Origin: Tubulanus polymorphus
Taxonomy: Eukaryota > Animalia > Nemertea
Length of the DNA: 64,000 bases
Direction: 5' to 3'
Assembly (NCBI RefSeq): GCF_964204645.1
Contig: NC_134031.1
Location: 18,173,910 to 18,237,909, forward strand
Shown: positions 26,501 to 37,925 of the stretch, in pieces
Layout of the letters: every line of letters begins with the position of its first letter
Numbering within the stretch: the stretch's first letter is position 1
Translations under genes and position numbers: made by a program
Notes under the pieces: generated by a model
Databases searched by the model: none
Told to the model about the DNA's origin: nothing
Seen by the model: the letters and a program-made list of their open reading frames with translations, nothing else

Positions 26501-29209
26501 CGTTTTTGGCTTAAACTTTTTCGTGAAACTGGGCCCAGTTTATTGAGAAGCTCTTTTGTTTTACAACAATCTTTTTATTACTACTTACAAATGTGTTACT
26601 GTGCCCGGAACCCAGTTCGTAGTTCCACAGTTCTTCCGGTTATTTTCAATCAATGCAGTTGAATTTATTTCACATTCAATGTTCCTAAACGTGGGTCAAA
26701 TTTCGAACTCAAAAACAGTGGAAATGGGTCCTGAATTCTAGAATGTGCGGTCGTGTTATGTTTTTTCATTATCAAAGCTTTGCTTTTATTACGACTCTAT
26801 CATTAATTGTTGGTCGGGTTCGCTATAAATCTCCGAATTCACGATACAACGTTATCACGTCTTCACAATTCCGTCAGCAGCAGCGGTGGCTACATATGTA
26901 AATCGATCATGTGACTATGAGCCGCGGTCGGTCGGAGCAGTTTATATCAGCGGCGAGCGAAGTCAGCCGCGGATGTTGAAATATTATTCTTTCATTTACA
27001 GACGAAGACGAATCATCAGAATTCTATCGTACGAAGTTCAGAAGTCAACGTTGCATCAATGATTACATTAACACTTCTACGAGTCGCGTCCCGCGTAATC
27101 TCACAATTTGCTCATTCGCGCAAAACTGGCTTTCATTGTTGCGTCGGTCGTCGATGGCGATGGATTTCGCGATGTTATTGTAGAGATGAAAACGGAATTT
27201 GACGAGGGAATATTACGAACACAAAGATGAAATTGAGGCTTACGTCTGTCTCTCCGGGAATAACGAATGCAGCGCGAAAACAGAGATGACCTTCACTGAT
27301 AGAATATAGAATAACACAACTCTTACACTCCACACAACTGTGGAACACTCATCCACATAACCGTGGAATTCTTATCCACACAACTGTGGAACTCTTATCC
27401 ACACAACTGTGGAACAGGGTTCAGGGTCAAATTAAACCCACCCAACTGTGGAACTGGGTTCAGAGTCATATTAAAGCCACACAGCTGTGGAACTGGGTTC
27501 AGAGTCATATTAAACCCACACAGCCGTGGAACTGGGTTCAGGGTCATATTAAACCTACAAAACTATGGAACAGGGGAACTGCTGTGAGATACAGGGGAAC
27601 CGCTCTGAGAAACAGGGGAACTGCTGTGAGATACAGGGGAACCGCTCTGAGATACAGGGGAACTGCTGTGAGATACAGGGGAACTGCTGTGAGATACAGG
27701 GGAACCGCTCTGAGATACAGGGGAACTGCTGTGAGATACAGGGGAACCGCTCTGAGATACAGGGGAACTGCTGTGAGATACAGGGGAACATTTTCGACAT
27801 TTGCTGAAAAACATTGATATTTGATAGCGATTATATTGAATGAATGTTGAAATGGAGACTGAGTAAATATAGAACGCACCAAACAGTCAATCATTAGACT
27901 GCAGGAAAATATTGACAAATCATTCAAAAATCAATACGAGATATAAGACGAGATTAGCAATTATAGATCTCATTGATATTCATAATTGTCTCAATAACGA
28001 CCAGAGATATTTCATTCTCGAGTGAGCGCTTGATTTGATGAGATAATATCAGACAGTTTATCATAGTACATGTAAATATCATTGATCCATAATATAACCT
28101 TCAATTACTCATATTGTTAATGAGCGGTGAGGGGGTGAGTGGGGTGGAGGTGGGGTGATGGATGGAAGGATGTTCACGAGAATCAAAATAACCTTATAAT
28201 AATGAATCAATGATTCTGCTACGAGATTGACAACATATTTCCAAAAACACTAACACCGACAAAAACAGTTTGATTTCGCGGAAAATCCTGAAAAAATCTA
28301 GTTGAAAAATATTCAAATATTTCAAGTAAAACTCGTCGATAGAATTTGATAACAACATGAGAGGAATATTCGACGAGATTTCCGTCTGGATACACGCACG
28401 CATAACAGCGGAAAAACTTTTACTTTTAAGCGGGCGCTAAAAACCTCACGTCTCACGACGTTCGGGGAGAAATTTACAATCGCGACATGAAAGATTTATT
28501 CGATCAGACCGGAGACGAACGGAGAAAATGCGATCGCTACGGCGATCACAATAATCCAAACGTCGCGGGTTTAACGAGTGTTTCATTGCCGAGTAACCGA
28601 CAATAATTGACACGTAATCAAATATTCATAGCACGCGTCATCTTCAATAAAAACCGGCATATTTGATTTGAATTTGATATCGCTCTTATTGATAATACGG
28701 CAGTCGGTCGGACGGTCGGTTTCCGCGGAGAGATTGTTTAAATTCTCGTGGGGATGATTTTTACGCGCTGTTTTCAACGCAACAATTTTTAATGTCTCTT
28801 TGAAATATTTATCGATTGTGTCAAATTAGCAATTTATCTTATACATCAGGGGGGAGGCAATCGTTCTCAAACGTTGGTTTGAGAACCGACGATTGATCGT
28901 TTTTATTTGAAGATGGAATTTTCAAAACATTCCGTTTAAATCGCGCGAACCTTTATTTACCTTGTACTGTTTTCCTGGACAGAGTTGATGAATTTGTTCG
29001 GGCTCGTGTAAATTACGCCTTATCAAATAACCGGCCATCAAACCCATTATAAAGAACAATACCAGCAGTAATAGTTTAATAATGACTCCTTTACGTCCGG
29101 TGAACCAGCCATTACTGGGCGGTTTATCCATCTGACGATACTGTAGATCGACGTGGTCGCCGTCGCTGTTCCATCTAGAACGCTGTAATGGCGTCGGCAG
29201 TGAAGGCAT
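14378..29209 (-). CDS. Glutamate carboxypeptidase II / NAALADase-like M28B metallopeptidase, type II membrane protein, 15 coding exons, 773 aa: complement(join(14378..14564,15073..15165,15475..15556,15698..15944,16536..16635,16853..17018,17302..17365,20248..20539,20670..20765,21257..21347,21837..22146,22536..22668,23926..24066,24733..24803,28961..29209))
   Basis: All introns GT-AG with consistent phases (2322 nt). N-terminal TM anchor; HLAG; LLSYP; PA domain RYGRGFRGDK and GDPLTP; Zn/catalytic motifs [35 protein letters not shown]; TfR-like dimerisation domain ending APSSHNWYTGSVFPGI. An acceptor at 29214 implies an upstream 5' exon. Confidence 0.93.
15698..15944 (-). CDS. NAALADase-like gene coding exon 12
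   Basis: PPFYHTKYDTFEMVARFMDPTF contains the Zn-ligand His. Confidence 0.92.
16391..16500. mobile_element. Palindromic short element, copy 1 (degenerate)
   Basis: TTAATTGATACTTTTGAAAT...ATTTGAAAAGTGTCATTTAA; homologous to 18098-18220, including the upstream flank. Confidence 0.6.
17170..17222. mobile_element. Tiny TIR element (MITE-like)
   Basis: GGTCTAGTTGCTCAAA...TTTGAGCGACTGACC inverted ends, preceded by CAG. Confidence 0.5.
18098..18220. mobile_element. Palindromic short element, copy 2
   Basis: 21-bp perfect inverted arms TTAATTGATACTTTTGAAATG / CATTTCAAAAGTATCAATTAA, extending imperfectly to ~50 bp. Confidence 0.7.
18814..19764 (+). CDS. Intronless rhodopsin-like (class A) GPCR, invertebrate orphan peptide-receptor-like; nested antisense in NAALADase intron 8
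   Basis: 316-aa ORF with 7 hydrophobic segments: N-glycosylation site NST, TM1 GN, TM2 LSISD, TM3 Cys plus ERA (DRY variant), ECL2 Cys, TM5 LP, TM6 LP, TM7 NFYIY. Confidence 0.92.
   Translation: MNSTQMQIGRAYTSYMSIMSLANRSGIYLTVSLTILPIIFLFGTFGNSATFLIMTSRRFRSLSYANYLIILSISDFTFCINYSLLPALQFALLHIGDGPIFIMNSLISCQIYEFLMAVAVSNSSWLIIAISLERAAVVLFPFTSRLICTPRFARCTVLIITAVNVLIVYLSPAVTLHFTTPSFGCYHTLADQITFFAIMAVHAYQLPLLLIFLTNLVIIIQLFRGSKMVSTDQKTTKSKRTTIMLLTVSLAFAMFILPSSVSVFLPISQELKDFLYDVFTHFHLCNFVINFYIYLLLGREIREYFCMKIRCRNTMK
20248..20539 (-). CDS. NAALADase-like gene coding exon 8 (catalytic core)
   Basis: [25 protein letters not shown]...DPSGGTA...[27 protein letters not shown]. Confidence 0.95.
21547..21655. 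mobile_element. MITE, PIF/Harbinger-like, with CAG target-site duplication
   Basis: CAG|GATCCAGTTCCTCAGTT...AACTATTGAACTGGATC|CAG: ~17-bp TIRs and identical 3-bp flanks. Confidence 0.75.
21837..22146 (-). CDS. NAALADase-like gene coding exon 5 (PA/apical domain)
   Basis: GDLVYAYYG...IVIIRYGRGFRGDK...GAKGVILFTDPKDF...VQMGTI...GDPLTP. Confidence 0.93.
22870..23120. repeat. 24-bp minisatellite, ~10 copies
   Basis: Unit GTCATAGACTAGGGCTT(T/G)GGGCC(T/A). Confidence 0.9.
24509..24660. mobile_element. MITE of the 21547 family with tandemly amplified left TIR
   Basis: Three 20-bp CWG+TIR units directly precede CTGGATCCAGTTCCACA...TTGTTGAACTGGG. Confidence 0.6.
25398..25860. repeat. 19-bp degenerate minisatellite
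   Basis: Unit ATCCATAGATACCGCTC(G/A)G, ~24 copies. Confidence 0.85.
26456..26535. mobile_element. MITE (Harbinger-like), short derivative
   Basis: CTG|GGCCCATTTTCACAAAAAAGTT...AACTTTTTCGTGAAACTGGGCC|CAG; interior shared with 36232-36361. Confidence 0.7.
27330..27570 (+). repeat. 39-bp minisatellite (ACTGTGGAACTGG family)
   Basis: Unit AAACCCACACAACTGTGGAACTGGGTTCAGAGTCATATT, preceded by shorter units. Confidence 0.85.
27570..27790. repeat. 21-bp minisatellite, ~10 copies
   Basis: Unit ACAGGGGAAC(T/C)GCT(G/C)TGAGAT; explains the repetitive ORFs. Confidence 0.92.
28961..29209 (-). CDS. NAALADase-like gene coding exon 1 (cytoplasmic tail plus signal-anchor)
   Basis: MPSLPT...YRQM...GVIIKLLLLVLFFIMGLMAGYLIRR; phase-0 donor GTAAAT at 28960 joins the exon at 24803. 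Confidence 0.8.
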
Positions 29210-29568
29210 AGTACTGAAATATATAAAATATTAACATTGTTATTTTCTTAAATCTTTAAATAGGGATTGTCCCTGTTATTTATTTGGTTGGTAAATTTCA
29301 TTTGATTTTTTGATTGATTGTCCCTTAGAGACCCACCACACCTGCCGGGAGCGATACTTATTAACATCATAGAGATTTATTTAATCATTCAGGAAATTTT
29401 TTGAGGCAATTTCATGATTTAAAATTCCATGATTAGAAAAGAGAGTCAGTCCAAAATGTTTCCTTGAGTTAATATTCATTTGGACATTCCATCTTTATAC
29501 TAATAATCATCTTCAGGTACACTAAGTATACAGTATTCCTGAAGATGATTTAAGTCTTACGGCTGATC

Positions 29569-29735
29569 TTGTTAGATTGGTTATATAGAACCAAAATCAG
29601 CTTAGACTGGTGTTAAGTTGTTAGATTGTATGTAAAACTGAAATGAGCTTAAAGTGGTCTTACGTTGTTAGATTGACTATAAAACCAAAATGAGCTTAGA
29701 CTTGTCTTAGGTTTATAACGATCGGTTATAGAACC
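29569..29735. repeat. ~47-bp tandem repeat
   Basis: TTGTTAGATTGG(C/T)TATAGAACCAAAATGAGCTTAGACTGGTCTTAAG x ~3.5; matches the reverse complement of the interior of the element at 45367. Confidence 0.7.
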
Positions 29736-30689
29736 ATTCCGCAAACAATGGTTTATTTTTAATGAGACAAGTTTCCAAAAAGAAAGTTGGTGAACGATCT
29801 TCTAGTTTCTGAGCACCTTTTTTATGGAACCTTTTACGGAGAAATGTCAGGGACAGTCCTACGACCTGTTCTTAAAAATAGGTTAAAAACCTTTATGTTT
29901 CCCAACGCCTTTAATTCTTGGAATGTCTTTTTTGTTTTATACTACAGGGAGTTGTTAGATTAGCTACAAGACTAAAATGCGCTTAGATTGGACGACTGCA
30001 GAATTGTCACCTGATAATGTTTTTTTCCTGGTTCTAAATGTAAAAGTGGCACTTGAACAATGTCGATAGTAATTTGAAGGATGTAAAATAGCAGAATCTC
30101 GTTGTTGTATGGAGAGCAGACGGAGAGACTGTGATTGTAGTAATCACTATGATCAGATTGTAAACCGATTTAGAAATCAATCCTGCAACACTCGACCCCT
30201 CGAACCGGTCGTCTCTAAAGACGTTACAATCAGTATTTACCACGACGATGGTGATACACGTGTCACATCAATAACGAGACGACAATTCCCAGTCGAGGAA
30301 TCAGACTCTATATACACACCAGTATCATCGATGTTTCAAATTCACACTCAACTCATTCTAAGACGTATCATCGTCGTCTACGCTGGTGTAATTGTTTATT
30401 CGACACATGTTGATAGAATATGGATATTTAGCGCGAAGGAGACGAACATTGTTTATTAGATATAAACAGATGATATGTATTCACTCCAGCCGCAAGAAGT
30501 GTTAAAAAAACTAGCATAAGAAGAACAGAATATATATGTATCTATATTTGAACATGGCCGGCTGGGAGGTTGAGAATTCCAGCATATGAAAAGCTTTAGA
30601 AATGCAATTTAATCCATATTTGATTGGTTTATACTTCATGGTAAATCTTCCGGAGAATATCTAAATGATTTATGCGAAACTCTTAAAAG

Positions 30690-31100
30690 GGTCAATCGGC
30701 TGATGACATCACAGCCAATCAAAACCCTACGCCTATCAGTCACCACTTCTAACCTGACCAGTCTTTAGATGCCTATTCATAATCCTAACTTCAGCTGACT
30801 GGTGACATCGTTAGCCAATCAAAATCCTAACCCCAGGTCACATGACCAGATTCATAACCCTAGTTCAGCTGACTGGTGACATAATTAGCCAATCAAAAAC
30901 CTAACCCCAGGTCACATGACCAGATTCATAACCCTAGTTCAGCTGACTGGTGACATAATTAGCCAATCAAAAACCTAACCCCAGGTCACATGACCAGATT
31001 CATAACCCTAGTTCAGCTGACTGGTGACATCATCAAGCGACTAAAATCCTAAGTCATCTGACCAGTGGGTGGTCACAGGGTCACTCATATCTAGGTCATC
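30690..31100. repeat. 74-bp tandem repeat rich in TF-like motifs
   Basis: Unit CAGCTGACTGGTGACATAATTAGCCAATCAAAAACCTAACCCCAGGTCACATGACCAGATTCATAACCCTAGTT; 3 near-perfect copies plus degenerate ones. Confidence 0.88.
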
Positions 31101-32334
31101 TGACACAGTCAAAGCATTGAACCAAAAAGAGAAAATTGACGATGAAATTTCTACAGATTGAATAAATATAACTCACTATCACACAGACTAGACTCGGTTA
31201 ATCACTTCACCGGCAATAATTAATAGCATCACTCAAAACTACTGTCAACGAACGCATATTTTGTAGTTGTCCGTTCACAGCCTACCTATCTACCGGTATC
31301 TCCTCTTTAATTCGCGCTTGCACTGTTTTAATTGCACCCATATGTAAGAAAGCCATTGTATTTACATATACTATCTGTATTCAGTGTCTCGGGTTTAATC
31401 AGGTTTAAATCCTGGAAGACCTTCAACTCAGATACGATCAAATCTAACTGTGATATCGTGTCAGTTGTTTGATCGATGATATTACAAACCGTTCGGTCCG
31501 ACGAAACCGAGTAAAATTGTGACCATCAAAAGCGTACGAATCCCGATGCGAAGTATTCGGAAAAAATTCATATAAAATTAATGAATTAGATATAAATGTA
31601 TTGTAATTATATAGGACATCATCTGTTACATGAATATATATATTCGAAGTATAAATCTAATTGACAATGATCCGAACTGGTGCGTGTTGTCTGGAAAATG
31701 ATTCCAGTCGCAAATTTTACCACGAATATTCCTCAAGGGGGGACTGAAAATGTGATAAGCATAAATGAATGTAGGTTGATATACTAATGTCTAGTGTTCA
31801 GCTCGTTTTGAAAGTACATCGGGAGTCATAATTCAGTCATATGCGTTTTAGTACATACCTGATAAGGTGTTAAAATGGCCAGTATATATACGGGCAGCTG
31901 AACTAAAACATCAGTTTTTAATCCATTCTACACTGTACCCAAGTATTACCAAAAATATCCCCTGTAATGGCAACAGTCCTCGCAAATAAGTTGTAATAAT
32001 AAATAATAAACTTGTAATAAAGTGGCAGACCGGTTTTTTGCTGTATGAACTCCTGATGAACCGAATGTAGTATAGAAAGTGACAAGAGTTTCTAAGAGGC
32101 TTTAAACACTTGATTAACAGTATAACAGTATAATCAATATCACCCTTGAGTGTCGTATTAACACACACAAATATGATGTTTCCCTGATGTTTCATGAAAC
32201 TGATGTTTTATTATCACTATCATATGAAACACATATAAAAGTAATAACTGCCTTTCTCTTCCTACCTCACTTTCTACACTCCTCTCGTATAGTTCTATGA
32301 AAATAAATAAATCAAACTCTACCTATTATCTATC

Positions 32335-32595
32335 ATCTGTCCTCCCTCTCTCCTTTCTCCTCTCCTCTCTCCCCATTTGTCCTTTGTCCTCTATCATCTC
32401 TACCTATTTATCCTTTCTCCTCCTCTCCTCTCCTCTCCGCTCCTCCCCACCTCTGTCCCCTTCCTCTCTACCTGTTTCTCCTCTCTCTCTATATATCTGC
32501 CCTCTCCCCCCCTCTCTCTCTTATCCTCTAACCTCTCCCCTCTATCTCTCCTTACTTCTTCTCTCACTTTCTCACTTTCTCGCTTTCTCCCTTTT
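32335..32595. repeat. CT-rich low-complexity tract
   Basis: Polypyrimidine sequence. Confidence 0.8.
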
Positions 32596-33280
32596 ATGTT
32601 AAGCTATTGGTCATGCTCTGTGAACACTCGTGTAGCAATCGCATACACAGTATCTCAAACTGACATTTAATGCCTTAATTTAGAGCTATGACATTTTCCA
32701 TCTATAGTGCAGGTTTTACTGTGGAAGACTTTGAAAATCACCAACCGGCTGAATTCAGAGAAACACTTTATCGGTAGTTCAGAGAAATTAATCATTTCTA
32801 CCGAAACCAAGAAGTTGAGCATGAGATACTTTTAGAAAAGATGTCTGCCCCAGATGTCTGAGTTCATGATTTCCCCCTCAATATATTGAAACGATTTAAA
32901 ATGAAACGAATTTAAGACATGTTACATCTAAGAGCGATTTGATAATTGATGATGACGTAAGGTGATGATGTCATCACGTGAATTTGAAGATGTCATAGGC
33001 GGATATTATCCAGTTCAAAACTAAAAGATTCAACCGAGGCTCGTCAAGAGAAGAACTTAACACCAGTCTTTACATTTAAGAAGATCATAAGTTTTAAAGT
33101 ACTGGTAAGTCACAACTGCGCAAATGGACGTAGCAGGTTAATCCCGTATAAACATAACTTAATCTTGTAAATACGCCGAGATGAGTTATGAGTGTTCGTG
33201 TAGCTGGTGATATGAGTTATGTGACTAATGGGTCCTCGGTGTAACCTGCTAATACGCAACACACTAACAAATCAGTAATA

Positions 33281-33364
33281 ACAGCACCAGCACCAGCAAC
33301 ACTTATAACAGCAGCAACAGCAGCAGCAACGACAGCAGCAGCAGCAGCAGCAATAACAGCAGCA

Positions 33365-33434
<70 letters not shown>

Positions 33435-33509
33435 TAACAGCAGCAGCAACAGCAGCAGCAGCAACGACAGCAGCAGCGGTGGCAGCAGCAGCAGCAGCAG
33501 CAGCAGCAG
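33281..33509. repeat. Long interrupted (CAG)n trinucleotide repeat
   Basis: ~75 triplets, with a pure run of about 20 CAG around 33369-33432. Confidence 0.92.
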
Positions 33510-33948
33510 TCGTAGCGTGTACAACTACATTGTCAGTTTTTTTATTCACATCGAATTCAATCGATTAATCAACAACTACATTCAGTTGAGCAGCGACGAC
33601 GACGATGAAAGTAAAGTGTCGACCGCCGCCCGGTGGTTTAACTGCTGTTAGTTAAAGAACGGGCGAATTCCCCGCGGGCGAAAACAACGGCAACGACGTT
33701 CATTTCTATCGTTACCGACTCGTTGAAGTGATTCATAGTTTGACGGCTCGGTCGGTCGGTCGGTCGTATCACGGCAACCATTTAATAACTGGCGAAAGTA
33801 AACGTAAGATATCGGCGAATTTTTTGTTCGGTTGTCGTTGATTTCGTTCGGTGTTCACTGACGCGATCACAACGTTGATTTAGAGACGTTTTGTAACAAC
33901 GTACGACGAACGAAACCGAAGCTAATAACGAGATTCTTGCGTCAATTC

Positions 33949-35034
33949 AACCGTGGTTTAACATCGGTCTCTACTGACCAGAACTTCGCTGAACCGTGGT
34001 TTAACATCGGTCTCTAATGACCAGTACTTCACTGAACCGTGGTTTAACATCGGTCTCTACTGACCAGTACCTCGCTGAACCGTGGTTTAACATCGGTCTC
34101 TACTGACCAGTACTTCACTGAACCGTGGTTTAACATCGGTCTCTACTGACCAGTACTTCCCTGAAGCGTGGTTTAACATCGGTCTCTACTGACCAGTACT
34201 TCCCTGAACCGTGGTTTAACATCGGTCTCTACTGACCAGAACTTCACTGAACCGTGGTTTAACATCGGTCTCTACTGACCAGTACTTCACTGAAGCGTGA
34301 TTTAACATCGGTCTCTACTGACCAGTACTTCGCTGAACCGTGGTTTAACATCGGTCTCTACTGACCAGTACCTTGCTGAACCGTGGTTTAACATCGGTCT
34401 CTACTGACCAGTACTTCACTGAACCGTGGTTTAACATCGGTCTCTACTGACCAGTACCTCGCTGAACCGTGGTTTAACATCGGTCTCTACTGACCAGTAC
34501 TTCACTGAACCGTGGTTTAACATCGGTCTCTACTGACCAGTACCTCGCTGAACCGTGGTTTAACATCGGTCTCTACTGACCAGTACCTTGCTGAACCGTG
34601 GTTTAACATCGGTCTCTACTGACCAGTACTTCGCTGAACCGTGGTTTAACATCGGTCTCTACTGACCAGTACCTTGCTGAACCGTGGTTTAACATCGGTC
34701 TCTACTGACCAGTACTTCGCTGAACCGTGGTTTAACATCGGTCTCTACTGACCAGTACCTCGCTGAACCGTGGTTTAACATCGGTCTCTACTGACCAGTA
34801 CCTCGCTGAACCGTGGTTTAACGTCAGTCTCTACTGACCAGTACTTCACTGAACCGTGGTTTAACATCGGTCTCTACTGACCAGTACCTCGCTGAACCGT
34901 GGTTTAACATCGGTCTCTACTGACCAGTACCTCGCTGAACCGTGGTTTAACATCGGTCTCTAATGACCAGTACTTCACTGAACCGTGGTTTAACGTCAGT
35001 CTCTACTGACCAGTACCTCGCTGAACCATGGTTT
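33949..35034. repeat. 43-bp tandem satellite, ~25 copies
   Basis: Unit GAACCGTGGTTTAACATCGGTCTCTACTGACCAGTAC(T/C)T(C/T)(A/G/C)CT. Confidence 0.96.
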
Positions 35035-35259
35035 TAGACTTCACACCACCTCCTCAAACTACTAACCAAATCTCATGGCTCACAGTACATTTTTTTTTCT
35101 GTAGACATTCAGTTAATGGCTTCGTGAATCATATTGTAGATTATTGATGAGAGAGACAGGGGCGAGTTGACTATTTTTGGATTCAGGCAATTAAGGAAAT
35201 TGAAAAATGAATATTTTATCAATAACTAAACGATAAACTATTCTGGTTTACTGAAGCAG

Positions 35260-35390
35260 CATCACCCTCATACAGTATACATCACCCTCATACAGTATAC
35301 ATCACCCTCATACAGTATACATCACCCTCATACAGTATACATCATCCTCATACAGTATACATCACCCTCATACATTGCACATCAGCTCTA
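35260..35390. repeat. 20-bp minisatellite
   Basis: CATCACCCTCATACAGTATA x ~6. Confidence 0.92.
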
Positions 35391-36231
35391 TACTATTCAC
35401 ACTTTTTTAATGTACATTTCCCTTCACATAAAACATTTTGTTCATACACCTATATGTATATATATCTATAAAGTATACATCTGTGTTATACTGCATACAG
35501 TGTACATTACAATGTGTACACTTATGTACAGTATAGTTTAGATTCGAGAGTTGGAAGTTGAGATGTGAGTTTATAGTTGTAGAGTTTCGATGATGAATCG
35601 ATTTAAAACAAGTGATGATTGAAATGTATGAAGTAGATATCTATTGAGATGAATGTCTCTCTGTTGAGATCACGCGACCTGGCGCTGAAAGTCTCTTAAC
35701 TAGAAATCGATTTAGAAAGTAGATTTTTAAAGCGTTCTCCGCGGTTTATTGATAATTCAAGCGTGAAACTCGATAGATCATCCCCACAACTAACCATTCA
35801 TAATTCAATTCGAATTCACAATTTTTAGTCGTGAAAACACGTGAAATAAAGAATGTAATTTGAAATGTTGTAGAATGTGATTACGTTCCGCGGCAAGTTT
35901 TCCATGTGATAGAATTTATTAGAAACGACTGCGGAGAAATTATTGATCGAATTCGAATGTTCATTTTCCGTTTAAAACGGTCGATGAAATTGATATGTAG
36001 TCGACGCACAGGTTTAGACTGAACGTAATCCCTCAGATTATGGGAGTTCGTTTAAATCGGATTTAGCGTGTATTGTGAGAAAACACGAGCGAAATTGAAA
36101 TCGTTTACTGCCAGCTAGATTGGACCGAGCCAAACGGTTCGTGGGCTTCATTCGACCTGTTTGGAACAAAATTGTTTCAATAATTCAAGTATCTCACTCA
36201 AATTTGAATCCGTTTTAATCCACGAGACCTG

Positions 36232-36361
36232 GGCCGAGTTTCACGAAAAAGTTTAACTAAATTTTTCGGTGTAATTGCTGTTGGTTACTTAATGTTTTCG
36301 ATGAGGACAACAATTCAAACTTCACCGTTTTAAGCTTAAACTTTTTCGTGAAACTGGGACC
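36232..36361. mobile_element. MITE (Harbinger-like), longer member of the 26456 family
   Basis: GGCCGAGTTTCACGAAAAAGTTTAA...TTAAACTTTTTCGTGAAACTGGGAC inverted ends; shared interior GAGGACAACAATTCAAACTT. Confidence 0.7.
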
Positions 36362-37862
36362 CGGCCCACTGCTGTCGGTAAAGTTTGACACCTGAGTTAA
36401 AACAGGATCCAATTCGACAGTCCTCGGAGAGAACTGTTGAAATCGATCCTGAACTCGGTCCTGAGACAGGTATGGATTGGATTTGATGAAATTATAGTTT
36501 ACCCAATCAACTACCAGTAGCCATTACCACTGAACACGATATACCGTGGAGCCTCCATTTACAACATTCTGTAAATGAAATAAACTGCTTTCTAAAATTC
36601 ACCACAAGTTCAACGTCGCACGTATGTCGCATGAAACGTTGAGATGTTTCATGATTTATCGCCGTGGGAACTGACGAATGAAACATCTCCTCGATAAAAA
36701 AAAAACACCAGTCATTGAAACTAGTTCATAGTCGGCTCTCCCGAGATAATCCATAATATAGATGCATAGCCGGGTCGCTCGTGAAGAGACCATTCATACG
36801 ATCCAATAATGAACGGAGCACGTAAAACTGATGATGAAGTCCCCTCTCAATGAAAATACCTGATAATAGGAATAACACTTCACCGTATAACCGGGTGGGT
36901 ATGTTTGTTCCTGAATAATCAGCGAAATAGCCTACGCCGTGTCTGACCGTGTCCGCGCGAGTCGAAATCTCTAATGTCATAAATTCATAGATTCATAGTT
37001 TTTTTTCTTCCAAGTGGCGACTTTTCCTTTTTTCCGCCGTGTTGCGGGTCGTCTGTTAAATAGCCCGCGTGTCAAGGCATCATCTCTTAAGTCGTTCGTA
37101 GATTCAAGTCGCGAATTTCCCTGTGCGATTACCATTACGCGGTGTAGAACTTCAAAAATAAGCAGTGACAGACAACCGATTGAGGAAGACAACTTACTAC
37201 GGCGGGGAGGGGAGGGGTACTGCGCAGGGGTTCACATGTTATAATTCTCTGATGCAGTGAACTTCGACTCGGGACTTGAGTTACTCAACTCTCGACGAAC
37301 TCAAGCAAAATCATTTTCTATAACGTATTTTCTGGTCCTCAACAAATTTTGCCAATTTGTCGTCGGAAATAACTGTTCTAACGCAGGGAAAGTCTTCGCA
37401 ACGCAGGGGAACTATTTCTCATTTTCTCTACTGGGTAATCTCACTGTATTTTTTTCATACATATCTTCTCTACATGTCGTGTTTATCCTCGGTAAGAAAC
37501 GAGTTTGTCATCATTCTTCCCTTCCTACGACAGGGCACCGGGTTAAAACTCTAGCGTCATTTCGCCTTACAAATGAATGCCGTCACGCAGAGGATAAAAA
37601 TTTCACTTTTGCTACGAAAAAAATGCTTCCACAACAGAAGCCAAAAAATCGGCTACACGGACAATCATACAGTAGAAATAGTGAACAGAAGAAAAGGTGA
37701 TAAAAGTGGTTGACAAACGGTGAGCTGGATATTCATCCCCCTACAGATGTCTATCTAATCAAGTTGTTGTGGCTTCATTCAGAGAGAAATGACGACTATT
37801 TGTGTAAATGAGCTGATTTCCTCTTATACATAATAAATACAACAGCAGAATGATCAACCAGT

Positions 37863-37900
<38 letters not shown>

Positions 37901-37925
37901 TCACTGTGTCTGCATCTACGGGGAG

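Noticed and set aside
27002-27183. Plus-strand acceptor followed by a ~60-codon open frame
   Set aside because: There is no recognisable homology and no partner exons.
33217-33549. Poly-Ala/poly-Leu/poly-Gln ORFs
   Set aside because: These are translations of a CAG microsatellite with no flanking domain.
33949-35034. CRISPR-like array (also 4087-5180)
   Set aside because: There are no unique spacers and no cas genes, and the context is eukaryotic; these are plain tandem satellites.
36726-37700. Cluster of 65-147 aa ORFs
   Set aside because: Several have non-ATG starts, none has recognisable motifs, and there is no consistent splice structure.
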